A stretch of DNA of 62,987 bases, the filler included, from Octopus bimaculoides (Eukaryota): NCBI RefSeq assembly GCF_001194135.2. It is 7 parts of 7 records of this genome, joined end to end, with 100 filler letters (N's around TTAATTAATTAA, not from the genome) between each part and the next. Parts side by side here need not be neighbours in the genome. Positions count along the whole stretch, not along the records: positions 31,140 to 52,372 come from NC_069005.1; 6 more parts are not named here. One strand, given 5' to 3'. Each line of letters opens with the position of its first letter. Position 1 is the first letter of the stretch. Shown piece after piece: positions 35,163 to 47,479 of this stretch. Made by a program: the position numbers and the translations under genes. The notes under the pieces are model-generated. The model was not told where the DNA came from. It ran no database searches and was given only the letters and a program-made list of their open reading frames with translations.

Positions 35163-38100
35163 NNNNNNNNNNNNNNNNNNNNNNNNNNNNNNNNNNNNNN
35201 NNNNNNNNNNNNNNNNNNNNNNNNNNNNNNNNNNNNNNNNNNNNNNNNNNNNNNNNNNNNNNNNNNNNNNNNNNNNNNNNNNNNNNNNNNNNNNNNNNNN
35301 NNNNNNNNNNNNNNNNNNNNNNNNNNNNNNNNNNNNNNNNNNNNNNNNNNNNNNNNNNNNNNNNNNNNNNNNNNNNNNNNNNNNNNNNNNNNNNNNNNNN
35401 NNNNNNNNNNNNNNNNNNNNNNNNNNNNNNNNNNNNNNNNNNNNNNNNNNNNNNNNNNNNNNNNNNNNNNNNNNNNNNNNNNNNNNNNNNNNNNNNNNNN
35501 NNNNNNNNNNNNNNNNNNNNNNNNNNNNNNNNNNNNNNNNNNNNNNNNNNNNNNNNNNNNNNNNNNNNNNNNNNNNNNNNNNNNNNNNNNNNNNNNNNNN
35601 NNNNNNNNNNNNNNNNNNNNNNNNNNNNNNNNNNNNNNNNNNNNNNNNNNNNNNNNNNNNNNNNNNNNNNNNNNNNNNNNNNNNNNNNNNNNNNNNNNNN
35701 NNNNNNNNNNNNNNNNNNNNNNNNNNNNNNNNNNNNNNNNNNNNNNNNNNNNNNNNNNNNNNNNNNNNNNNNNNNNNNNNNNNNNNNNNNNNNNNNNNNN
35801 NNNNNNNNNNNNNNNNNNNNNNNNNNNNNNNNNNNNNNNNNNNNNNNNNNNNNNNNNNNNNNNNNNNNNNNNNNNNNNNNNNNNNNNNNNNNNNNNNNNN
35901 NNNNNNNNNNNNNNNNNNNNNNNNNNNNNNNNNNNNNNNNNNNNNNNNNNNNNNNNNNNNNNNNNNNNNNNNNNNNNNNNNNNNNNNNNNNNNNNNNNNN
36001 NNNNNNNNNNNNNNNNNNNNNNNNNNNNNNNNNNNNNNNNNNNNNNNNNNNNNNNNNNNNNNNNNNNNNNNNNNNNNNNNNNNNNNNNNNNNNNNNNNNN
36101 NNNNNNNNNNNNNNNNNNNNNNNCTGGTCTTCTTGATTGGGCCACAAAATAAAGATGTGCTCTTTTATGGAGATTAACTGGTCACTTGACACTATTGTGG
36201 TCAGGAAATGGAAAGAATACATCTATGGATCATTGGAGAGAAGCCTGAAACGGCAGAGTCTGGAATATGATTCCAGCTTTATTTTTGTTGTTATTATTAC
36301 TGGTGTTTCGTGTTTTAATGAAACTCGTTTTGGTCTCCTTTGCTTTCTGTCCCCACCCGGAGAAGAATCGTTGTCGTTAGGCGGCAGCCTCTGCCTTTTA
36401 CAAACAGGGTAAAAGCGTTTGTTTCCTAAAACCTTTAGGAACTTAATACCCGTAACTTTACTTTACATCTCGATTTAACAACGCAGAAGTTGCTTTATAG
36501 TTGCTCGTCTATTAATTCCTTCGTATGGCCCACGATTGCCTTGCTTTGTGAATTAGAAGAGACTATTTCAGTTGTATCGGAGAATGAGTGTACTATAAAT
36601 AGCAACAAGCTTTCTCTGATGAGACTGTCTCTAAACCACTCAAACTAGTTAAGCCGATCTCATTTTTCTGTCCACAGAGAGAAATAAGACGACAGTATGT
36701 TTTTCAGAACGAGCCCAAAGATGTACGTTCGATAAATTTACATCGCAATTTTATATCGCATTTCTTTCTTTCACGTTGACTGTATATACATATGCGCAGG
36801 TACAAAGACACACACACTCACACACACATAGATATATACACATATACTTTTATACACATACACACATATATATACACACACACATATGCATATACATATG
36901 TGTGTTTATATATATGAACATAGGCATACACACATACATATACATACTCACTCACATGTATATATGTGTTTGTGTTAAAATATTTATATCTGCTGCTGAC
37001 ATTTGAAATCATTCATGGCTACCTCCCTACCCTCCTCCTCCCCCCTCCACACCCCTCCGCACCAGTCATTGATTAATTTCCTTCCCAACCTCCTCCCCTT
37101 CTCCACTACTTCCTTCTTCATTACTTAATTATCCCCACCACCACCACCACCATCACCATTACGTACACCAGCTCCACTTTAGGCACCACTACTATCCCCA
37201 CCATTGATATTATCTCATTACTACTACTACCGTCACCACCATCATCACCATTACCAACCATTCCTATCACCACAACCAGTACAGTTATCATCATCATTAC
37301 CACCACCATCACCATTATTAACACCATTTCTACTTTCACCATCACCGCCACCGCCCTCATTACTATTCTCGCCAAAAGCGCTTGCACTACCACCACTGTA
37401 ACTACGACCATCACCACCGCCACCAGCACTATACCACCACCACCACCACCACCATATCACAACTACTTTTATTCATCATTGAACTTCCGTCATGGCGGAG
37501 CACAACTTTCAAAGGTCGATTCTACCAGCTCTGGTACGTCTGGAACTTCTTCCATCATTTCTGTAAAATATAAAATATATAAAAAAAATATATAAAATAT
37601 AAAATATAAGAGATATAAAATATAAAGTGGACGTTGAGATAAAGGAAGATAAAGGACAGAAAATTATCGACTGAACAGAAAACAAAATGGACATGAACGA
37701 AGGGCTTTCTTAAGCTCTTTCCGATCTGATGGCCAAGGTTGTTTTGAGAGCAGTTAGCAGAATCTTCAAAGAGGAACGCTGTTAGGGATCGACGCAGAAA
37801 AGATTGGGAATTGAAAGAAACAAAACTCGGTGCAATGTGTGAAAAGTATTGAGAGATAAGAGAAGAAAAAGTATGCGAAAAAATATATTTCAAAAATTAT
37901 TTGGATGTTTTGACACAGAATATTTAAGATTTTCTACTGAACAGAAAACAATCGAGTGAAATAATAAAATGCTCGGACTTAATTCTCTCTTTCTTTACTA
38001 CACCTTTTCCTAGTCGCATTTCTCTTCGAAGCAACTGGTTCTGTTATAAGCTAACCATGCTGTCCATAAGTGTTGAAATTGCCGTGGCCTCAAGCTTCAC

Positions 38101-38329
38101 AGCTGCCGAAAGGAGCCTTTTGTCTTGTCCATTTTGTTTATCCTCTTTCTCGTACCTTATACATTTCCCGTACCCCTCTTTCTATATTTCTTAAAATTTG
38201 TTCACAGACGTAACATTATTTCTACACACACATGCGCGCGCACACACACACGCACACGCACACGCACACGCACACGCACACACACGCACGCGCGCGCGCA
38301 TTCATGCTCTGTATCGATATGAACTCACA

Positions 38330-38430
38330 AATTATAAGCCAACCGAAGTTCCTGGTAGAAGACACTTACCCAGGGAGCATGCGATAGGATCAGACCCGAA
38401 ACCAAGCGATAGTGAAGCGAACTTTTCAAC
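38330..38430 (-). mobile_element. SINE family A head fragment (old)
   Basis: Contains GTAGAAGACACTTACCCAGGG and GACCCGAAACCA. Confidence 0.6.
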
Positions 38431-38580
38431 CACTAAAACACCATCACTACTACTACTTCTGCTACTGCTGCTACTACTACTGCTACTGCTACCCCCACCC
38501 CGTTTCAGTAATTAATTTCATTATTAAATTCTTAGCTTTAATATAGCTACTCGAATTGTTGGTGTTGGTGTTGTTTCCAG

Positions 38581-38863
38581 ACGCTGATGTACTTAATACN
38601 NNNNNNNNNNNNNNNNNNNNNNNNNNNNNNNNNNNNNNNNNNNNNNNNNNNNNNNNNNNNNNNNNNNNNNNNNNNNNNNNNNNNNNNNNNNNNNNNNNNN
38701 NNNNNNNNNNNNNNNNNNNNNNNNNNNNNNNNNNNNNNNNNNNNNNNNNNNNNNNNNNNNNNNNNNNNNNNNNNNNNNNNNNNNNNNNNNNNNNNNNNNN
38801 NNNNNNNNNNNNNNNNNNNNNNNNNNAAGCCAAGTGTGGGGGCGGAGGGGGGGGGCAGCCGAG
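38581..38863 (+). CDS. Candidate exon spanning an assembly gap
   Basis: Acceptor tgttgtttccag|ACGCTGATGTACTTAATAC lies before the gap. After the gap, AAGCCAAGTGTGGGGGCGGAGGGGGGGGGCAGCCGAG|gtaagt reads KPSVGAEGGGSR. Both ends fit phase 1. Confidence 0.4.
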
Positions 38864-39077
38864 GTAAGTATGTGTTGTACTTTAGAGTCTGAGAAACTTC
38901 TGGAATTTACAATGAGAAGCTGTTAAATCTTCATTATCAGAAACCTAACTTATCCACTCCTCTCCACCTCTTCATCTACCTCATTCTTCCTCTCCCCGCC
39001 TCTCATTTTTGCTCTCCTCTCGTTCTCTCTTCTTCTCCCCCACCCCCCTCTCTCTATCTTCCTTTTCCTCTCTCTTC

Positions 39078-39112
<35 letters not shown>

Positions 39113-39326
39113 TCCCTCTCGACATCTCTTTCACTCCAGCTCTTTATCTTTCTTTCACCCACCTCGCTCCCACTATGACTGCTGATGGATCTGTCTGGTT
39201 GGAAAGTTCGTTCAGTATTTGCACAAGTATAACCATACATGTCTCCACATGTCACATTGTAAATTGTAGCTTTCCCCTAGTTTTCGTTTGTCTTTTACGG
39301 CTGTTGTAGTGGACTAAGGTGTTATA

Positions 39327-39595
39327 ATGGAGGCGGTTGAATGCAGATCAGTGATCAGGTTCTTATACTAGAAAGATCATACACCAAAAGAGACTTCCGA
39401 TGAGATGAAAGAAGTTTATGGTGCCAATGCACCATCATACGACGTAGCCAAGCACTGGCATCGCCATTTCAAATGTGGTCGGACATCGGTGGAAACTGCT
39501 CCTCTTCCTGGACGACCACATTCCGCCATTGATGACCATTCCAGAAAGTGGAAGCCGGCATTTTGGAGGATCACTGCATAACTATTTGGCAACTA
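39327..39595 (+). mobile_element. Mariner transposase N-terminal fragment (second, irritans-like lineage)
   Basis: Reads MEAVECRSVIRFLY*KDHTPKETSDEMKEVYGANAPSYDVAKHWHRHFKCGRTSVETAPLPGRP, matching the mariner HTH region. It is truncated after this. Confidence 0.88.
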
Positions 39596-40079
39596 CTGGG
39601 TTGGCAACTAAGTTCCCACCGTTTTTTTTTTAATTTTGGAATTTATTGCGTTTTTAAATTTTGGAATCTATTTTTCTCGAGATTTCTATTTTTGAATCAT
39701 TTTCATATATAAGCTATGTATGTATAAAGCAGACATATATGCACGTGTATGTACGAATGTATAAATTATATGTATGAATATAAATGTGTGTGTGTAGAAG
39801 GCATATTTATGTTTATAAAAATGAAGGTCTATATGAATATACATCTATATTTGTGTGTGTAGTTTGTATAGATTTCTCTGTTCTTTTCTTTCACTTCTCA
39901 TTCTGTCTTGTCAGTCTGTCTGTCTGTCTGTCTCATTTATCATTATGTGTCACATGATCAAGCACACCATATCCCACCCACTCCCAATCTATCTCTCTGT
40001 TTACTCTCTCTCTCTCTCTCTCTTTCTCTCTCACTTTGTCCCTTGTTTAGATTTTTTCCCTCCCCTTTCTATCCTTCCT

Positions 40080-40117
<38 letters not shown>

Positions 40118-40556
40118 CTCTCATACAATCAATTTGTTTCCCCCTCTCACTCGCCGATGATCTTTTACTCTCTCTCTCTCTCCCCTCTACCATCCATTCA
40201 ATTGTTATCTTTTACTCCGCCTTTTCCTCATCAATTTTCTCAATTCCTCCCACTCTAACACAGCCTTCTCCTCTTACAATCCCTCTAAATAAACACACAC
40301 ACATTACTATATTAAAATACATTTATGTATCACACACATATATATTCAGACACACACACACACATCCGCAACCTCCGTCACACGTTGAAATCCCCCCTTC
40401 CTCCCGCCCCCAACACACGCTCTGTTATCTCAACATTTCTTCGTTATTGTCCGTACACTGATGACCTTCCAACTTCCCATATATCTTCCCAAGATATTTT
40501 CACAACTGTCCCGCGTGCAAGCGCATACAAGCGTACACACAAACAATTAATAAATG

Positions 40557-40591
<35 letters not shown>

Positions 40592-41638
40592 ACACTCATA
40601 CGCATACTCACACACAAACATACATACAAACACACAATTGAGAAACTTTGACAAAACAAAACACTGCATCCGGTCACANNNNNNNNNNNNNNNNNNNNNN
40701 NNNNNNNNNNNNNNNNNNNNNNNNNNNNNNNNNNNNNNNNNNNNNNNNNNNNNNNNNNNNNNNNNNNNNNNNNNNNNNNNNNNNNNNNNNNNNNNNNNNN
40801 NNNNNNNNNNNNNNNNNNNNNNNNNNNNNNNNNNNNNNNNNNNNNNNNNNNNNNNNNNNNNNNNNNNNNNNNNNNNNNNNNNNNNNNNNNNNNNNNNNNN
40901 NNNNNNNNNNNNNNNNNNNNNNNNNNNNNNNNNNNNNNNNNNNNNNNNNNNNNNNNNNNNNNNNNNNNNNNNNNNNNNNNNNNNNNNNNNNNNNNNNNNN
41001 NNNNNNNNNNNNNNNNNNNNNNNNNNNNNNNNNNNNNNNNNNNNNNNNNNNNNNNNNNNNNNNNNNNNNNNNNNNNNNNNNNNNNNNNNNNNNNNNNNNN
41101 NNNNNNNNNNNNNNNNNNNNNNNNNNNNNNNNNNNNNNNNNNNNNNNNNNNNNNNNNNNNNNNNNNNNNNNNNNNNNNNNNNNNNNNNNNNNNNNNNNNN
41201 NNNNNNNNNNNNNNNNNNNNNNNNNNNNNNNNNNNNNNNNNNNNNNNNNNNNNNNNNNNNNNNNNNNNNNNNNNNNNNNNNNNNNNNNNNNNNNNNNNNN
41301 NNNNNNNNNNNNNNNNNNNNNNNNNNNNNNNNNNNNNNNNNNNNNNNNNNNNNNNNNNNNNNNNNNNNNNNNNNNNNNNNNNNNNNNNNNNNNNNNNNNN
41401 NNNNNNNNNNNNNNNNNNNNNNNNNNNNNNNNNNNNNNNNNNNNNNNNNNNNNNNNNNNNNNNNNNNNNNNNNNNNNNNNNNNNNNNNNNNNNNNNNNNN
41501 NNNNNNNNNNNNNNNNNNNNNNNNNNNNNNNNNNNNNNNNNNNNNNNNNNNNNNNNNNNNNNNNNNNNNNNNNNNNNNNNNNNNNNNNNNNNNNNNNNNN
41601 NNNNNNNNNNNNNNNNNNNNNNNNNNNNNNNNNNNNNN

Positions 41639-41709
41639 AGTAAAGAGGAGCCGAGCCCAGGGTTGTCGGCCATGACAGTTGAGAGGCTTTGGTGTTTGTG
41701 TTCAATCAT
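41639..41709 (-). CDS. Candidate minus-strand exon running into a gap (MIEHKHQSLSTVMADNPGLGSSL)
   Basis: Acceptor-like gtttttcag| and a strong Kozak context gtcATGG at 41673. Only one frame is open. No homology was recognised. Confidence 0.25.
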
Positions 41710-42502
41710 CTGAAAAACGTGTCTGTTTGGGGGGGGGCGGCAAGGAGTAGGGAGACATTGTTGCGGGTGGGTGGTGTTTAGGGATAAGGAGGGAGGTGGA
41801 GGGGAGGAGAGAATCATGTGTCATGTGAGTGGAAGGATCTTCAGAAACGGTTATAATCTCAGAAGAGACATGGAGGAGAGAGGAACCAAAAGGTTTGTGG
41901 GTCAGTAGTTGAAGTGTTGTGGGGGTGGGTGGTGTTAATTAGCCGAATAACCTTTTCATGTGCAGTTTAGGGCATTTCTGTGTGCAACAGCAGCAGCAGC
42001 AGTAGTCGGGGCAGCAACAATGCCGACCCAGTTAAGGTCAACATGTATTGATTGCTTATAAATAGAGAGAAGACAAAAAGTGTGACGGTGTGTATATAGA
42101 CAGGGTGTATAAATTCTGATGGTGCATATCTATAGAGAGACTACAGTGTGTTTATCTAGTATAATGTAGAAACAATCCCAAAGAAATGAGGAGTTTTACA
42201 GTGTGATGTGCGTGTGTGTGTGTGTGTGTGTGCGTGTGTGTGTGTGTGTGCATATCGTTTTATACACAACAAACGTCAGTGTATATACACTAATTACTTG
42301 TTGAAACATAATCTTCTCGGTGTTGAGCAAAAAATATGTTTTGCTAAATGCTGCAAACTGAGAAGGTAATTGATAAGATTACATAAGGTTTCAGCGGGCG
42401 GTTATGTAATCCTGTCAGTTAAGTTGACGAAATGCGTGTATGGTTTATAAAGCATAAAAAATACCATATGTGCTTTTTCATTTCATATATACATATATAT
42501 GG

Positions 42503-42564
<62 letters not shown>

Positions 42565-42849
42565 NNNNNNNNNNNNNNNNNNNNNNNNNNNNNNNNNNNN
42601 NNNNNNNNNNNNNTATAATTAAAAAAGACGTGAAAACCAGGCCACGTTTTAACTTTATTCAACTGATATATTATTCTATACACATTTATACAAATTCGGT
42701 ATATATATATTAGAAGGTTTGGAGGTGATGTACAGGTATTATATATTAGAAAAAATAATAAGGTACTCAGAGAGGTACGTAATTCAACGTAATTCTTCGA
42801 TTGAATCATCGTAACGCCGTATGTGACACCTTCCACCAAATGTAAAGCG

Positions 42850-43027
42850 CATTTCTTGATCATTCGACCATACAACACATGTATGAATGTGTGAGCATGT
42901 ATATATGCATGTATGTATGTGTGTATATGTATATAAGTGTCTGTGTGTATGCATCTGCATTTGTGTGTGTGTGTGAGTAACGTTTAATTAAACAAACTCA
43001 CGAACAAGATTTTTTCGAACGCATTTT
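42850..43027 (+). repeat. Local ~180-bp duplication, copy 1
   Basis: Near-identical to 44186-44373. Confidence 0.92.
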
Positions 43028-43319
43028 CGAACTCTGAGTGAAACGTTTCACTTCCTTCACATCTTGGGCCCCTGAACATCAGTCGTAGTCAGTAGTTTGT
43101 GGATGTCAGGATGATTTGCCGTCGTCATTCTATACAACGACTCAGTTTTCGGTTTTGACCACATGACCTATTAAAAATTATGAGATATTTACATTACGTC
43201 ACTCCGTAACAGTGACAGACCATCTGACTTTTGCGGCTAATAAAGACTATCATATTTCCGATCCACGAACAAATTATCGTTATTAATTATCGTTATTAAT
43301 TATTGAATTGTTGTCACGC

Positions 43320-43540
43320 CGAGCAAGGTGCTGAGCAGCATTCTGTCCGTCTTTACGTTCTGAGTTCGAATGCAGCCGAAGTCGATTTTGCCTTTCATTC
43401 TTTCGGGGTCGATAAAATAAGTACTAGTTGAGTACTGGGGTTAATTTAATCGACTTAGCCCCACCCTCGAAATTGCTGGCCTTGCGCCAAAATTTGAGAC
43501 CATTATTATTATTATTATTATTATCATCATTATTATTATG
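43320..43540 (+). mobile_element. SINE family C
   Basis: GTCCGTCTTTACGTTCTGAGTTCGAA...TTTCGGGGTCGATAAAATAAGTAC...GAAATTGCTGGCCTTGCGCCAAAATTTGA followed by (ATT)n. Confidence 0.9.
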
Positions 43541-44143
43541 AACTACAGCAGACAAAAGTTATGGAAGGCATCATAATGGAATGGTTGAGTGACTCATGTT
43601 CTGGGATGAAAGAGAAACTGGAACCGCCTGGGATTTGAAAGCAGAACATCATGTGACACAATTCACGACAACAATACCACGATGCTCAACCCATTCCACC
43701 GACTCATCACATTTTCCTTTCTTTTACATATTCATTAGACATAAACACACTTTTGTTTGATCGACAATGAGAACTGTGTGTGTATATATATATACATATA
43801 TATATATACACCTACATACATTCGTCCATGCATACACACATAAGTATGCATGTATGTACATACACGCCTATATACGTACATTACGCATACGTACTTGCAT
43901 TCACACACACACACACACGTGTGGAGTAAAAGGCAATATCTTCTCTTTTTCCTTCATTGGGGTGCGGTCATGCTGTAGCACCAGTTTTAAAGTTTTTAAT
44001 CCATCATATCGAATCTAGTAATTCTTTCACTCTGATACTAAATTTTATCGATTTTCATTTATTGAACCGCCTGGTACGGAACACAAGGAAAGCAACACTC
44101 TTACTTATACCGCTATACATGCAGCTCCATACACATACACACG

Positions 44144-44185
<42 letters not shown>

Positions 44186-44188
<3 letters not shown>

Positions 44189-44373
44189 TTCTTGATCATT
44201 CGACCATACAACACATGTATGCATGTACGTATGAATGTGTGAGCATGTATATATGCATGTATGTATGTGTGTATATGTATATAAGTGTCTGTGTGTATGC
44301 ATCTGCATTTGTGTGTGTGTGAGTAACGTTTAATTAAACAAACTCACGAACAAGATTTTTTCGAACGCATTTT
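44186..44373 (+). repeat. Local ~180-bp duplication, copy 2
   Basis: Near-identical to 42850-43027 apart from a 12-bp insertion. Confidence 0.92.
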
Positions 44374-44374
44374 T

Positions 44375-44565
44375 ATGATTGACCGTTGACTGAACACTAT
44401 TCAATTTTTTTTCTCCGTGTTTTTCTCCTTGTCTCCGTATTCTTTCTGTTGAAGAGCGTAGCTCGAAACGTCAAAGACTTTCCGTATTCCCGAGCGTCAT
44501 ACTAATATATACTTTTGTTATTTACACCACCTGTCCTCGTCTGTTGTTATTATTTGTATATTCTC
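44375..44565 (+). mobile_element. Penelope-like terminal repeat fragment with a hammerhead-like motif
   Basis: Near-identical to 8788-8978. The motif lies at 44441-44477 and the copy runs into a gap. Confidence 0.65.
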
Positions 44566-44970
44566 NNNNNNNNNNNNNNNNNNNNNNNNNNNNNNNNNNN
44601 NNNNNNNNNNNNNNNNNNNNNNNNNNNNNNNNNNNNNNNNNNNNNNNNNNNNNNNNNNNNNNNNNNNNNNNNNNNNNNNNNNNNNNNNNNNNNNNNNNNN
44701 NNNNNNNNNNNNNNNNNNNNNNNNNNNNNNNNNNNNNNNNNNNNNNNNNNNNNNNNNNNNNNNNNNNNNNNNNNNNNNNNNNNNNNNNNNNNNNNNNNNN
44801 NNNNNNNNNNNNNNNNNNNNNNNNNNNNNNNNNNNNNNNNNNNNNNNNNNNNNNNNNNNNNNNNNNNNNNNNNNNNNNNNNNNNNNNNNNNNNNNNNNNN
44901 NNNNNNNNNNNNNNNNNNNNNNNNNNNNNNNNNNNNNNNNNNNNNNNNNNNNNNNNNNNNNNNNNNNNNN

Positions 44971-45028
<58 letters not shown>

Positions 45029-45490
45029 TGTATACATACAAACAAATAGCATACACCATATATATATATATGCATTAAAAAAAATAATTTTGAGCGGTGC
45101 TGCTGAAGATGGTGATGGTGGTGGTGATTGGCGGTGGTGGTGATGATGGTGGTATTATATTTCCAGGGTACAGTGATGAGTGTGGGGGTGAAGTGGTGGG
45201 GTGTGAACATGTTGCACAGTTCTGCAATGAGAGGATGCAGTTAAAGAATGACTCAAAGCGTCCTAGCAACACAAGAGGTGTGGCTTGACCAAATTTTGGC
45301 ACTAGTAGTGGCGGTGGGTGGTGGTGGTGGTGGTGGTGGTTGTAATGTTGGTACTGTAGGATGAGTTAGCGTTGTAGTGGTGGACGTGGTGGTGGTGGTG
45401 TTAGTAGCAAAGTATTTTATGCGTGTATTAGACTAGAAAGAAAACAGCGAAAGAGATCAATATACACACAAAGTGCGCGTGAATGTGTTT

Positions 45491-45533
<43 letters not shown>

Positions 45534-45636
45534 TACATGTATACAATTTAAAATTTTACACGTATTGTGTTTCAGTATATGTTGGTCTATCATAGATCCG
45601 TCTACCTTCCTATACATACATACATACATACATACA

Positions 45637-45671
<35 letters not shown>

Positions 45672-46198
45672 GTATATATATATACACACACACACACACA
45701 AAAAGATAATAGAGCATGTGGCACCGGGGGGACGACGAAAGAGAGTGTATAATGGGACACGTCGAGGGTGTTGATTTGCTGAGTTTTTCAGAGTTTTGCA
45801 ACATAGCTCTCCAGCTGACCCGACCGACTTAGATTAAGGTTCGATTTGTGTCCCAATGGCATTTCATTGACCACATCGGTCACCCGATCAATGCAAAGAG
45901 GCATCGAGATGGCTTCTGCATGCTTCTACCTCGTTCTTGGATTTTTTCCCCTTCTCACCCTTAGTCACGTTCTGACTGCCAGTGACCGGAAACAAAGAGA
46001 AGTCCTGCAGCCCCTAGTCTGACCAACACCACTGGCACTTTACCCTCTTTCACTTTTGGATCTCCTCCATTCTCCCAACGAGGGAACAGATAACTTTGGT
46101 AAAGCGTGTCACCTCGTTGCGTCGAAAAGTAAAATAATGTCGGCCCTCAACAAGGACCGACATTATTTATGATAGAAATGTTACCCCAGTCCTGCTTT

Positions 46199-46300
46199 AT
46201 ATATATATATGTATGTATGTATATATATGTATGTATATATGTATGTATGTATATATATATATATATGTATGTAAGTATGTGTATGTATATATATATATAT

Positions 46301-46342
<42 letters not shown>

Positions 46343-46383
46343 GTGTGTATGTATATATATATATGTATGTATGTGTGTGTATG

Positions 46384-46414
<31 letters not shown>

Positions 46415-46500
46415 GTGTGTATGTATATATATATATATGTATATATGTATGTGTGTGTATGTATATATATATATATGTATGTATGTGTGTGTGTGTTTGT
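46199..46500. repeat. Compound (TA)/(TG)/(TATG) microsatellite with ~30-bp higher-order periodicity
   Basis: GTATGTATGTGTGTGTATGTATATATATAT-like units recur. Confidence 0.92.
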
Positions 46501-47394
46501 ATGTATGTTAGTGTAACAAGGTGTCACGTGTAGCATGTTGGACATCCCAGGACAACCAGCTGTTAATATAATGGAAAACGACAGCAGAGCCCTCGACCCC
46601 GAACACACACGAACCGTCACAAGCAGTTTGTGCATCATCAGCATCACCATAGTCATCTTCACCAAACAGCACGTCTCCCCCACTTTCCTCTCCCCCCCCA
46701 CCCCCCGAATCCTGAAGGCAATATGTTTCCCCTGACCCCAAGGCTCCCTCCTGCTCCATTGTGTATTGCAAGGGTTACCAGATTAGTGAGGGAGGGGGCT
46801 AAGCATGCAGATGACATGATTCTCCTGGGACACAACACATCCATCGAGCACATCGATCACTTCGATTACTTCTAATCACCACTATTTCATATTAACATGG
46901 TTGTTGTTGTTGTTGTCGGTGTTCGTCTCTCATATTTGTTGGTTCTTCAACTGATTATAATCATTATTATTATTATTGTTATTATTATTATTATTATTGT
47001 TATTATTATTATTATTATCATTATTATTNNNNNNNNNNATTATTATTATTATTGTTGTTATTATTATTATTATTATTGTTATTATTATTATTATTGTTAT
47101 TGTTATCATTGTTGTCTGCTGTTGGCGAAGTGCAGCTGGAAGCGTTGCTGCGTTGTTACCATGGCAACCGTCCTATTTAATCCGTTCATAATTCTTAAAG
47201 TGATATCTTCGCAAATAAATAGAAAATGGTATAGAATAAGAAGATTCGTGTATATATATGTGTGTGTGTGTGTGTGTGTATACATGGGGTACATATACAA
47301 TATATATATATATATACATACACATACATATATATATGTATAATGCACATATATATGTCATTACATATATATATGCAACTATATCTGAATATAC

Positions 47395-47479
<85 letters not shown>

